From positions 38,688,001-38,752,000 of the forward strand of contig JAGIQG010000011.1 in assembly GCA_024679065.1 (NCBI GenBank): DNA of 64,000 nt. Direction: 5' to 3'. The stretch comes from Sphyrna mokarran (Eukaryota). Position 1 is the stretch's first letter. Every line of letters begins with the position of its first letter. The notes below the pieces were generated by a model. That model did not search any database, was not told where the DNA came from, and saw only the letters and a list, made by a program, of their open reading frames with translations. The translations under genes and the position numbers were made by a program. Below are positions 25,013 to 38,305 of this stretch, piece after piece.

Positions 25013-28000
25013 GGGCGGAATTCTCCCTTTTTGAGACTAACAGTGGAAATTTACCACCATGTCCACCACTGATTGGGATGGGTGACAGTCCAACAATGGG
25101 AATCTCTGTTGACCTTGAGTGGGAATTTCTGGTCTCACCCTAAGTCCTTGACAGGGTTGAGAACATGGGACTGTTTCCCACTGTGGCAGCTGTTTGGGGA
25201 ACATGACAAACCTTATGGCCCTGACCTGATTGTGTAACGGGGTGTTTCACACTGTATTCAGCAGTGGGACAGGTCTGGATAGTTTATAGCTAATTGCCGT
25301 CTCAGAGTGGCACATTGAAAAGATGTCACTAACGTCACTGACCCCCTATTGAATATAGAAGATGGATCTCCAGGAACGTTCTGGGCTAGAAAGTCCACCT
25401 GCAGATGCTGTTTTGTCTAGGAAGGGAAGTCAACTTTACTCAGATTGCAAAGCAGTGGCATAAGGATGGAAGAGATTGCTTAATTATGTCTGCAGTTTTG
25501 GCGCAGCACTTCAAAGCAACCAGGCTAACACTGAGACTGTGGTATCTTCAGTGGAGACCTTGGCGCAGCGTGTTCACTTCTTGGTGGGAGGATGTTTTAT
25601 TGCATGGTTTAGACCATGAATGCCATAGTTCAGAGCATGGTACATAGCATTAGTTGCATAATGCAGTCACCTGTGGGTATCTGAGTGCCAGTGCCAGAGG
25701 AGAATGGGGCTTCTGGATCTTACTCAGTTGCTGTCTATCCCATGGAGATACCCAGGGGCTCTCAAACACCCACAGGGAGGAGGATCAGCCTACAGGCTTC
25801 CCATCTAGGAGACCTTGGCCATATCCAGTCCATCTGACTCCATTCTTCCTGTGACCAATATAGCTCCAGCCCTGCACACTGAGGAGGTGGCACCACCATG
25901 CCCACCTGGGCTGCCCGAAAGCAGGCTGGGCCCCTCCAGGTCTCACCCCTCCAGAGAACACCCCCCAAGGTCATCTCGGACAACAGCAGGCCTCTTACAT
26001 CTCAGCTGTCAGTCCGAGCGGCAGGGTTAGGCAGGTATAGAAATTATCACAGCATGGGGAGGGGGGATGTTCGGCACTTTTACATCTTCCACATTTATGT
26101 TAGTATGTGCACACCTATGAAATGTATTGCAAATCACTCGTTGCACCCTCTCTGTGCCTCCCTGCTCTTATTCCATTATTGCGTGCCCTAATAAAGGCTG
26201 TCTGTTCACCAGTAGGGAAGGATTTTATGGCCTTGCTCATCGAGAAACTGTAAAATCTCACCCAAGGTTAATGGACCTTCCCATTGTCTGCCTTTCACCA
26301 GCTCCTATTCCCGGGGAGGGCAGGATGATAAGACTCCAGCCAAGGTGTCTCCGTCTCCTGTCGACCAGGATGTCAGCTGATTGGTTGGCCCCCCCTCAAG
26401 TTGATAAGGCAGTAATGTTAACGTCATCTGAATAATGAGGAGCCTGTCCTTTCCCAGTCAAGGCCACACTCAGTCTATTCATTTGGGTAGGTCTGATCTC
26501 AGCAGATAAAGCCCAGTGGCTAGAGTTGTGTGAGAGCTGTTCCTCTGGTACCAGTGAACAGATCCTTATCAGTACCCTTAACTGAGAAAGGTACTTGCAT
26601 CACCAAAGATGGGTCTGTCTCTATATCATTGCCCCAATATTACCTGATCAGTAGGAGTTCACAAGCTGCCTTCAGCCAGACAGGAGTGAGACATTTACAA
26701 TAAACGTGAGGATCAGCTATCTGTCTTCACTGCAAGTCATCACTGTCCTCCTGCATGGTATGGACCATGGGCAACTGCAGCCTTCCTATGATAGAAGCAG
26801 TATTGGGGCTGTAATTGCACTGCCACTGCACAGTGAGGAAGGGCCACCCTCCATGATGAGACCTCACTGCCCCTCCAGCTATCAGAACATCCTGAAATTT
26901 TCTCCTGTATTAGGTTCTGGCCATTGTCAAGCTGCCTTCTTCTGCCTCTTCCAAGGGTTCCCCCTAGATACTCTCCTCAACATCGTCCTCATCAAAAGAG
27001 ATGTGACATTCATTCATCTCCTCTTCTGCCAGCTCCTAGCCTTTTGCAGTGTCAGGTAATGGAGAGCACAGCAGACCACAGTGATGTGCAAAACCATCTG
27101 GGAGCTATACTGGAGGACTCCACCTAACCAGCCGCGGCATTAGAACCACAATTTCACGATGCTGATCATCTGCTCCACGAGCATGCTAATAGCAGCATGA
27201 GCCTCATTGTAACAAGTCTGTGCTACACTCTGGGGCCTCTGCACTAGCATCATCAGCCATGTCCTGAGGAGGTACTCATCGTCCCCAAGAAACCAACGCT
27301 GTTGCTGCTGGGCTTTTTCAAATACCTCTGGTATCTGGGAGCGGCCATGGATGTTCCTTGGAAGCGTGACACACATTTGCAGGATGTGCTTGGCATTGTC
27401 ACAGACAATCTGGACATTCGGTGAGTTAAAGCCCCTTGTTGTTTATGAAGGGGACATCTTGATGCCATGGAGAAAGACAGCCACATGCATAAAGTCAATG
27501 ACTTCTTGCACTTGTGGGAAGCCAGCCATGTGAGTGGACACCATGGCTCTGGCGTCCTGCCTAGCCTGATGCACTTAAAATTAATGTAATTGTGTGCCCT
27601 TGCGAAGAGTACTTCCATTCCCTCTGATACAATACATCTGCTGGCCCTTTCAGTGGATGCTGAGGGCGAGCCATGGAATTTACAGAATGGGGAACTCATA
27701 GTAGATAGGTTTAACTTGAGTGCCAACCAGTGGCAGAAACATGTATCACAACTGTATGACTGGGCTTTGCTGACTTGTCCATCAAGGCTAAGGAATGTTA
27801 ATATACAAGTGAACTTCTCCAATGGCAGGCTGCAGCTAGGAATTCCCCGAGAAAGAGTGTGCAGTGTCTATTGACGTTGATGTCTTCCATGCCTGGTGGG
27901 CACAGGGGTGCCTTTTCGACTCTCTTAATCACATTTTGGTTTAATATTTTAAGTAAATTTGTGATTTGCTTTTTGATTTAGCTAGTATCCCTTTAAGGGG

Positions 28001-28833
28001 CTGTGCCTTTAATTTCTTCCTCCATTTATTTGATTTAGTTTAAATAGCTATTTGATTTATCCAAAATGAACATCTGTGACAGGCATGGGTGAGCTCATTG
28101 CTATCAGGTCTCCATGTTAAACTTAACAGGATCAGATAACACACCATTGGCAGACCCCTTCCATCCAGAGTTATGCTTTTTATGTACGTTATATTGTGGG
28201 CACCCACCTAACTCAGCTACCTAGACTTCTTGGCCCAGAGCCAGGGCTCCTCACGATTGCAGAGACCCTTCAGCTGTGGATTCCATTCTCAGGGTGAGAT
28301 CTGCTAGTGGCTCCATTGCCCTCTCATTGAGAATTTCCTTGCCAATCCCTTGAAGTCATACCAGTATGGTTCTCTATGCTGTTCTGGTGCAATCTCCCCT
28401 CCCTTCCCTTGGACCCATGACCTTCTTGTCTGGGTCCTCCCACTGGATGCGATGGAGCCCTCTCGACCATGGACTCCCTGGTGGATTGTAGTAACCTGTA
28501 TGCTCGCCTCTGAACTGCTGCTTGGAGGCGAGGTTGTCAGGTTCATGATTTTATGAATCTGTTGTAAACTGCGCTGATGTGATGTCACAGAGGCAAGGTT
28601 AAACTAAGCAACGAGGAGGGAGGTTACAGCAGGACTGCCGGCTAATTAGATGTTAATGTATTGAAGTGAGGCATCCAAACTTCCTGGACAGAAATCTCAT
28701 TACATTACTGGGAGTGGGGTGGGGGTAGAATATAAAAGTTCCATCTCTCTGGCAAGACTTGCGTTTTTTGAGTCTCACAATATTTTGTTCCCACATCACT
28801 GCGTTCGTGGTGAATCAGGTGCAATATCATGAC
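25013..28833. mobile_element. PIF/Harbinger relic B (Myb-gene remains +, transposase -)
   Basis: Starts gggcggaattctccctttttgagactaa, matching the reverse complement of relic A's right end (ggtgcaattctcccatttttgaaactaa). Contains a transposase relic. Right end is approximate. Confidence 0.7.
27060..27790 (-). pseudogene. Harbinger (HARBI1-like) transposase relic
   Basis: ORF 27140-27376: WFLGDDEYLLRTWLMMLVQRPQSVAQTCYNEAHAAISMLVEQMI..KLWF (cf. HARBI1 WLLGD..F.LRTWLMTP...YN.AH...IE). Upstream LFARAHNYINFK and SINNKGL motifs. Confidence 0.9.
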
Positions 28834-28959
28834 TTGTGATGTAGTTCAGAAGCTGCCGTTGTTTCTAAACAAGGATAAAAGTTAGGATCGATCAAGCCAG
28901 GTTCCACTCTGGGATCTGACTTGTCCAATATAACATTAGTTGGGATCAAAATACTGGAC

Positions 28960-29715
28960 ATCCCAGTCTTATGATGGAGGGAAGATCTTCGATGAAGCAG
29001 CTGAAGATGGTTGGGAGTAAAGCGCTATCCTAAGGAACGCCTGCAGTGATGTCTTGGAGCTAAGATGACTGACCTCCAACAACCACAACCATATCCCTTC
29101 CTGTTTAACCAGTGGTTTCTATTTACTCCAGTTTTGCTAGAACTCCTTGATGCCATACTGGGTAAAATGTTGTCTTGCTGTCAAGGGCAGACACATGCGC
29201 GTCACCTCAGATTAAGCTTGTTCGTCCATGCTTAGATCAAGGCTATATTGAAGTAAAAAGCTGAGTGACCATGGTGGAACCAAAACTTACGGCATGAGCA
29301 GTTTATTGCTATATAAGTGTTGCTTGATAGCACTGTCAACAACATCTTCAACACTATGCTGATGATGGAGAGTAGTTTATGGGGCGTTAATTGGCTTGGT
29401 TGGATTTGGCTTGTTTCGTGTACGGGGCGAATCCAGGCAATTTTCTACATTGTTGGGTAGATGACAGGGTTGTACTGGAACAGCTTGGCTAGGGACATGG
29501 CTAATTATAGAGCACAATTCTCCAATAATGCTGCCAGAATATTTCAAGCCCCATAGCTTTTGCAGAATCCAGTGCCTTCTGCCTTTTTGATATCACTTGG
29601 AATAAATTGAATTGGCTGAAGACTGGTAGCTGTGATATGGGGACCTGTAGAGGAAATCGAGGTGGAACATCCAATTGTCACTTGTGATTGAGGATGGTTC
29701 AAATACTTCAGCCAG
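28960..29715 (-). mobile_element. CR1-group LINE reverse-transcriptase fragment
   Basis: Minus strand gives ALDSKTTFYPVWHQGV, MVVVVGGQSS..DITAGVP*DSALLPTIFSCFIEDL. Confidence 0.85.
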
Positions 29716-30052
29716 AATTATACTGATGTTTAGGGACTATTCTAGTTGGAAGACTTTTCATGAGCTTTACCAATTGATGATTGTGTCTGTCCTGTCCTGT
29801 GTCTGTGACACTTGAACGAGAGCCAAAAAGACACAGAATTCTCTCACTGGTGCAAGAAAATACCCTAATTTGAGGGACTTTTGTTTTATCATGATGCCCT
29901 GCTGAGAGATTGGAAGGCCTTATTAGAGAAAAAAATCTATTTGTCGATCGTTTGCTGCTTGTATTTGAAAGTAGCTGTGGGGTAAATCTGTTATATTCTG
30001 TTTGTTGCTGGGTGTGTGCCTTGTTTCAGTGAGGATCTGGGTTATTTTTCAG

Positions 30053-30173
30053 TGATTCTGCTCCCCCACTTCCCCCCAAAAAACTCTGGTTACAGATTGC
30101 TCCCTGATAGAACTTCATAATGGCAACATGGAAAGGAGGCAGTCAAAAATCTCAAAGGCTTCAAGATTTTTTG
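30053..30173 (+). CDS. Candidate upstream exon of the ZNF385-family gene (MERRQSKISKASRFF-G, ATG 30128)
   Basis: Consensus donor TTG|GTGAGT at 30173/30174. ATG in strong Kozak context (aacATGg) leaves phase 1, matching the phase-1 start of exon 62493. Acceptor-like tatttttcag at 30052. Lies in a TE-poor block. No homology support. Confidence 0.35.
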
Positions 30174-33100
30174 GTGAGTAGTGAAGAAATCTGTACTTTG
30201 TGGGTATTTCTGGCCTGGACTGAAAGGAAATTCCCTTTCCACTCCCTTCCACTTTGCTCCTCCTCTCAGTGCTGACAAAGGCACAGGCTGAGCTCCGTCT
30301 TCACCTCCACACAGGGCTGCAAGGTGAAGGGTTAATGTATCGTGGAATTAATATGTTAACAACCTCCCCCTGCCAATTTTCTTCATGGCTGATGTTTCGG
30401 TACTACAATGCAGATGATCCTTTAGACTATTGATAATAATCGATTCAATCATTTTGACCGACATTCATGTAAGACTCAGTTATGTCTATGCTCGGATTGG
30501 GTATGTGACATTCTTCGAAAATGTTATCTTGCCAGTTTGTCTATTTATTGGAATCTTACCAGAGTTTGTGAGCTTAGTTGTGACCGTCAATGTGTCACAC
30601 ATCTCAATCTGTGTCTTTTTTTATAATTCAAGTCATTAGGAATGAATTCCGGTCAACCGAGTTACAAGCCAAACTATAGTCCTCCCTCGATTAGTCATTT
30701 GCATGACTAGAGGAAATAGAAAACACTTCTAACACTGTTAAGCTGTATTTGAAAGCAGACCTTCACCGCTGTACATGTGATATGCCACTGATAGAATAAA
30801 ACGCAAAGTTGCTTTTTCTTTTAGTTACTGTAGTATTCCATCTAATGACTGGGCTGATTTGTGAATATTGCCCAGAAGGAAAAAACAAGCAAACAACTCT
30901 GGAGCTATTGGACTACTCTGTTGCCATTGGAAATGAAATACCCAATCCTTTCAGTAATAACCAAGTCCTCAATCCCATGCTTTCTATAACTTGCACTTCA
31001 AAGTTGTTTTGTGAACTCAACTGATCAAGACTAATTGAAAGTAAAGATCTTTGCATGTTGATATTTCCTATTATAAATTTCACACCTGACATATTTTGGT
31101 TTTATTTTGTGTGAAAGATTTAGTATGTATTGACGAAATGCAACATGTCTCATATTAAATATTGACATCACTTACATGTCTGGTAGGTCAGATTCAGAAC
31201 AAATGGGGTTGAGAGATATATCTGCCACATCGAAATGATGTAGCAAACTCAATGGGCCGAATGGCCCAATTTTTTTCCTATATCTAATGCTGTTATGGTC
31301 AAAACCTTTTATTCCGTTAATTTTTAAATGCCGCTGAAGAGCATTAACTTCCAGTCTTGTCAAAAGTTTCACACATCAAAATCATTTACTTGCAGTTCTC
31401 TTTGTCATTGCCATTTTATCAGAATGTTCTGACATTTTCTGCTTCAGGACCAAGTTGCCAGGACTTTGTCGCTAACAATATTAATTCTTTTGCAACAGTA
31501 AATGTTTCATTTTCTCATAGCAATCCATGCCAATGTTTTCAAATTGTGGCCTGCACTCATCCCATTCCTTTTATGACAGACATTTGTACCTGGTAGATGG
31601 TGAAGTTTCTCATCCCATCTCATTAAGTGCACTGTACTGAAAACCACACCTTGACTTATCGATAGAGGCATCATATTCCATTACATTTTGCATGCAGTTC
31701 TAATAATAGTAATGCTGACATGAGCAGTTCATCAGTGAGGAACTGGAGTAATTTGTTCAAATCACATCTGGCACATTTAAAATTCAGTTCTAATTTCATT
31801 CGATATCACTAGCAGTATATGATTGTACATGTCAGATGTCAGATTTAACTATTTTAGATTGTGCGACCTAAATCAACATAGTTTCGCTAGTTTTATCACA
31901 TATTATCAGGTCTTGTTCTGAAAACTTTTCTGAGTCAGTGTAATTGTGTTTAGAAGTGCTTTTAATTTGAGGAATAGAATGTAGGTTATTCATAATGAAA
32001 ATACTGAGATGTACATCAGGCAGTGATGATTCAGGGTTTAGCAGATTTATAGCTCTCTGTGAGTTGGAGGTATGTGTTTGCTGGAGTATCATATCCAGAA
32101 GATGTCAGATTTCATATGACCTTGACATGAGACAATCTCAGTTGGGCAGTATCGGGGATGAATATTTGTTGGCTGTTCAAACACCTGTATTAGAAACTGT
32201 CTTGAGCTCAACTTGATATCCTACATTATCAATAGAAAAAGCCAGTTATTTGGACATGAGAAACTGTAAGTTAGATCAGCTGTTAACAGCTACTGGTCAG
32301 ACTGCACCAATACATCAGGTTTGTCTTGAGTAAACGTTAGAAAGGCAAGCGTGAGAATTTATGAAATGATAAATGTTCATTTAATTTGACTTGTAAATTA
32401 CTGTTACAGTAACACATTTGTGGAATCTGGCTATGTACATTTAATGTTATTTTAAAGAAGAGGATGCAGCTAATAAGCAGACAGTTTAAAACCTTTTAAT
32501 GATATAGGAGTGAGTGCTTCTCTGGCACTGGATTTAATAAGGTTCCATTTCATTTTCCTGCTCTGCATATTACAAAGATTCTCTTGTAGAATAGTTAAGC
32601 TTACCTTCATTACTTTATTGAGTGACAGTTTTTCACTAAAAATGTAATCTAAGATGGACACCAGGTATCAGAATAGTGAATTAATCTGCCAAACATAAAA
32701 TAGTAGGTATTACCATGAACGGTTCAAGATTCCTGGAAGTTGTCCTTAGCTTTTCAGTCTAAATGCTATACTGTCATTAGCGTGCTTTGCTTCAGGGTTA
32801 TTTCAGATATAAGCAGAGAATTTAGCTGCAATAGTGTGCAGCTATGTCACATTGTGTGTTGCTTGTCAAAATACTGATTGTTGGCTTCCTGAATAAGTGA
32901 AGCATCAAAACCAGGTCAAACATGATTGCTGTAGGAAATGTCCAAAATGATTTTTATTTATTTTTTTCCAAAATGCTATAAACCTGCAGGTAGTGCATGA
33001 TACAATTTCCAAGGTGATTCAGTCACCCTGGGTATGATTTTACCACCTTGTTGTGTCTGGAAAACATTTGTAGTGAGCCAAGAAACTAGTGTGCGATGCT

Positions 33101-33934
33101 AAAAATCCAGTTGGCACCTGGTGCCAAACAGTTTGCTATATTCCTGGTACTTCACTAATGGTGTGAACCACTTCGCACACAGAAAGGGCACAAAGTTGAT
33201 TAGCAAATTTGAAGTAGCATTTGAATATGCATAGCCCATTCAAAACTCAGCGCCCGGTATTTTCTAGCCTTTGGATGCAGTGCCATAATGCTGAGAATCA
33301 GCACTAGTCTCCATTACCGTGGACTTGGTGAGATAGTCGTGCCAGGGGGTTTGGAGACCATTGATGCCTCTTGCGTGGTGGGAGCTTGGCTGAGCAATGA
33401 CATTGGGCAGTGCCCAACTGACAGTACCCACTATGCACTGCCCAATATCATTGCCCAGCCATTGCAGGCTCCCCTGCAGTATCAGCTGGGCACTACCACT
33501 AAGCCAAGGGCAGTGCTTAGGGATGGAGCCTGGACGGGGGTCTCGAAGAGGGATCTATCTGAGGAGGGATCATGTAGGGTGAATTGTGGAGGGAGAATTT
33601 GTCAGGGGTCATGTTAGGAAGTCATTCAGGGGCACCCATTGGGAGGGCCCTGATGTCCTCATGCTGGCAACCCATGTTAGAGTCGGGGGGGGGGTTGATG
33701 GTGATGGTTAACATGCTGCCATTGAGGGAGCAGTACTGACGTCTGTGAAGGGCTGGAGGGATCTTCCAATGCACTGACAAATCAGGGTTCCCTGTGAAAT
33801 GTACTCAGTTCTCTACGGTCAGACTCTTTTCCACCCCCCCCGGGCCATCAAACCCGGGATGCCTAAACCGGCACACGACGTACTACTTTCCAAAAAAGTG
33901 ACTGGGTCACTCACACCAGCAAGATATCACCACA

Positions 33935-34425
33935 CAAGAGTAGCCCCACAATTTATGGAGGAAGAATTAGGATAGCTGTGAGATGCCACAAAGGAGGCAT
34001 GGTTCCCCCCCCTCCCCCCACCCTGGAATGGTCAGTATCCCAGGATTCAGGCTGGCAATGCCACCTACCAGCACAGAGTACCAGCCCCCAGTGCAGAAAG
34101 AAAATTCATGATCTCATTCAGTCAGCAAGAGTGAGTGCCCATCCCGTCCTGGCACCAGTCCAGTCTGTCCATGTTGATCCACCTCATGGCCTTTACAGCA
34201 CCCAATCCCCCAACCTTTCCAGAAACTCCTCCGGCAACTCTGTCGCAACTCCCACCTGCCAAGGCAAAGTCCCAACAAACCCAATCGCCCCCATCCCAAA
34301 CACCATCCACCAGGCTTTCAATTCCTCCTACTGTCCCCACAGGAGGAGGTGGCCCATAATCACTTGTGATGTGAAGTCCCTGAGCTGCGAATCCTCACCA
34401 CGATCGAGGAGCAAGCACTACATTT

Positions 34426-34459
<34 letters not shown>

Positions 34460-35190
34460 GGCAAGGAGAAAGCTGTGACTGACAGCCAGGCTGGGGTGTG
34501 CCACAGAAGTGAGGAGCCACAAAACCTTCATTAATAAGACCTAACTCAATAAGTTGCAATCTGTGATATATGCTTCTGTTTTGCACTTAGCCATGTATCT
34601 TGTTTTGCAGGAGGCAACCTTGCTGAGGCCAGGTTCTCACTTCCCTCCTCCCAATACTTCCATTGTTCCTGCAGTGACCCCAGTTAACACCATGGTGAAA
34701 GGCTCCAACGACACCTTTGAGGAAAGCACCTAACAGTCAACACAGGTATTGCAAGCACTATCCCTCATTGCAGATATGGTCATGAGGGACATGTTAGTGG
34801 TGAGATTTCTGGGGCACTTTTTGGTGGGCTCCATGCAGCTGTAGATGCACATCTAATGGAGGCGGGAATGTCTAGGTGTTCGGGCAGGCAGAGCTGTGCT
34901 GGTGCCAAAGAGGCAGCTGGCCCCACCCAGATGCAGGACAGTTGGCTTCAGTTCTCCCAAACCTGCTGGAGATGCAGAGCAGAGCTGGAGTTTGAAGAGG
35001 AACTGGCAGCAACATTCCAGCAATTACAAGGTTGTTTGGAGAAGTCTCATGGCCTTCATTCACAGGAGATGGTCCCGGCGTTGCATGATACCGAGACCAA
35101 CACTGTAAGGCTGGTGACCGCAGTGAAGAGCCTGAAACAGGAAATGGTCCAAGGCACAGCCAAGTGTCAAAAGGATCATGGCTGAGGGCC
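33935..35190 (+). pseudogene. Harbinger Myb/SANT partner gene relic with retained intron(s)
   Basis: RVAPQFMEEEL...QCRKKIHDLIQSAR|gtgagt (34131)...ccccacag|EEVAHN (34342), then a coiled-coil-like ORF 34856-35185 that resembles sequence at 25400-25600. Confidence 0.75.
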
Positions 35191-36609
35191 TTGGGTGAAT
35201 GCTGGTGACAAAGGGGCCAGGACTGCAAGGTTTGAGAGCTTGGTTCAGTCATAGCGGGCCCTTGCTAAGGGGATTTAGAAGTTGACCCTGATTCAGAGGG
35301 CTGTTGCTGGGGAATGCACACCACGAGGCAAAAGCAGTTGGGCTTCTGGGAATGGCAAAGCCAGGTGATGCTGAGGCCTCTTGAACTCACTCCAGCTGCC
35401 CTGCTGTCCCATGAATGTCTCTGGTCCACAGGCATCTTGAGGATGGAGGAAGAGCTGAAGCCCATGCCAGGGGTCTTCCACACTGGAGATCCCTGCTATC
35501 CCCAGCCCTTCTGAACGCCCCCTTTTTTGATACCAGTGCATCTCATGGGCGGCGGGATGAGCAAAGCGGCATGGCTACATCTGTGATACCCAAAAATCAG
35601 CCAGGACTCTCCAGGTCCTGTCTCCCCAGGGAAAGTCCACCTGGGGCATCACAAGCACAGAACACAGCTGATTGCCTTATTTGATGTGTATCCAGGGGCA
35701 CCTAGACATAGTGGTAGAACATGCAAGGTTAAGAAGTTGTACAGTCACCAAGAGGACATGAATGAAGGTATCTTTTTGGCCAACTAAATCAAATAGACTG
35801 AGGAATTAAAAAGAGTGGGAACCATCCAGAGCAAAATAAACCAAAGTGTGAAGGAAACTTAAAACATCAAATCAGAGTGTGAGTAAAAGGATCAATAATA
35901 CACCCCAACTCCTGCGGGGCCCAATGGGTGTGGAAGGCCTTGATAATGCCCATAGATCCACTATGTTCCCTCTCCAGGGTCACCAGGCTGAGAGTATAAA
36001 ACCACAGTAGAAGGGCAGAGAATCAAGCTGGATGGTCCCCTCATTCACCCTTTGCCTGGACCAGGAGCAGGTTCACAAGGAAATCCTCTGCCTTTCCAGC
36101 CTCCCCTACTGCGTGTCTGTAAATCAGGAGTGTAGGACTGAAGTGCAAAGAAAACACCAATAAAAAATGTTTGAAGTACCAGAAAAGGGAGTGCAGACTA
36201 AGGTAGTGAACATAAAAGTGGTTCACGGACTCCACAAAAAGGGCAGGTTTCTTGGAAGCCTGTGAACTGGTACAAATTACAGTTGCATGGAACTGCTGCA
36301 TCCACCCTCCAGCCGAAGTCCCTGATGGGATACGAGTGAAAGTGTGTGCTAGTTAGGGTACTGTTCATTGCCACTTAGAAAAATCACTATTAAATGTAAT
36401 TTCACCCACAGCTGTTGCTAATCTGTCTGCGATCCACCTCTCACTGGGATGACTGCACTCCAGTCGTATGCATTGAGGCTCGGAATGTTGTTTTGCATGA
36501 GGAGGCCCTTTGGCCCATTGAGTATGTGATCTGCAGTTCCTAGCACCTGTGCCAGACCCCTGACTGCTGTGGCCCATGCGCACTCCCAGTAGGTGGGGCC
36601 CATAGACCT

Positions 36610-37485
36610 ATAGTGACAGACAGCCTGACATGGCATGGTATCTTCATCAACCAGCAGATTCTACAACCATGTCATACGCCCACTCCTCCTCCTCCAGGAT
36701 GTCTCCCGCTTCTGGCACCAGGTTGTGGAGTACACAGTAAGGCCATGATGATGCAGAAGACTCTCAAAAGGCTGCACTGGAGGGCACTGCCAGAGCAGAC
36801 CAGGCAGCAGAATCACATTTTCAGTAGCCCGATGCACCACTCAACATTGGACCAAGCTTGAGCCTCTTTGTAGTGGGTCTCCACCTCGGTCTGAGGTCTC
36901 CTATTGGCATCATCAGCCATGACTGTCGTGGGTAGTTATTGTCCCCATGGCCCATCTTGGCAGCATGGGCTGGTCCTTAAAGACTCCGGGATGTGCGTGC
37001 TCCCCCGTTGGTGTACAGACACCTCCACTGTCACTAACTGTCTGCACATTTAGGGATCGGAATGTCTTCTTGTTTATAAAGGGCTCCTTGATTGATTGTA
37101 TGGGGTCCACAGGGCGATGTGTGTCCTATCTACAGCCCCTTTGCACGTGGGGCTTTCCAGTGATGGTGCCAAAGTCTGTAGCCCTGGGCTTCCTGTTGTA
37201 CTTTCCCAACCATACACGGCATTTGTCACCTTGTATACAAAGGACTGCAAGGTGCGACAGAGGTCACTACAAGAGGCCTGAAAGGACCTGGTGACAGTTG
37301 AGGGCTGCTGTAACCTTCACTGTGAGCTGACGTACTCCTGCCCCCATGACGTGAAAGTTTGCAAGGATCTGACACAAGTGCCACTTTGTCTCCTCACTGA
37401 GCTGGAACCTGTGCCCCCATAGCTGGCATCCAGTAGCCCATTGAAAGCCATGCAATTGCTGTATAGATGGAATATTCATCTTCAA
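36610..37485 (-). pseudogene. Harbinger (HARBI1-like) transposase relic
   Basis: LCQILANFHVMGAGVRQLTVKVTAALN (ORF 37267), EPFINKKTFRSLNVQTVSD (ORF 36913), RPQTEVETHYKEAQA..NVE. Confidence 0.85.
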
Positions 37486-38007
37486 CGTCCTCTGGTCCTT
37501 CCCTTGGCTGAAGGGCGGCTGTATCCTTCGCCCGACTTGGTATGAAAAAGAGAGATAGAGTCAGTGAAGTTATCTGATCTGCAGCCCTCTCTCTCCCAGC
37601 CACAAGTATCCCCATTAGTCTGGATGCTGGCAAGCTGACAATATCTCTGATTTTCATGCGCTATCTCAGTGTGCTGCTGACTATTGTCGCATCATCATTA
37701 TGGCGGGCATGGGGGCATCCCCATTGGGAAGTCTTGTATAGTAGACATGAGTGCACCCACCTGTATCTCCAGTGCAGCAGTTCACACAGATTGTGGAGAA
37801 CTATCCTCGTGACAATCATGAGATGGGTTCCATGGAGGGCAGCATTGCAGAGTCCATGCAGTGTGAGGAGCCGTGCTAATACCTGCAGAGCTCCCTTGAT
37901 TGGGGCGACAGCTGTCAAGCCTGGTTCTTACCGCTGTTAGTGGGGCCTGTACTAGAATGTCTACAGTCAGCCACAGAGCCTGTCCAGCAGGCCAATGCAA
38001 GGTAACC

Positions 38008-38305
38008 AAGGGTGGCATAGTGGTTAACATTGCTGCCTCAACGCTAGGGATCCAAGTTCGATTCCTGGCTTGGATCACTGTGGAATCCATGTGGAATTGA
38101 CATATTCTTCCTGTGTCTGCGTATGTTTCCTCTCATAGTCCAAAGCTGTGCGGGTTGGGTGGACTGGCCATGCTAAATTGCCTCGTAATGTCAGGATGAA
38201 CAGCTACGGTAAATGCATGGGGCTATGGGAATAGAGCCAGGTGGGATTGTGGTTAATGCAGACTTGATGGGCTGAAGGGCCTCCTTCTGCACTGTAGGAT
38301 TCCAC
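38008..38305 (+). mobile_element. HE1-like V-SINE nested in relic C
   Basis: gggtggcatagtggttaacattgctgcctca..gttcgattcctggc through ggcctccttctgcactgtaggattc. Confidence 0.9.
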
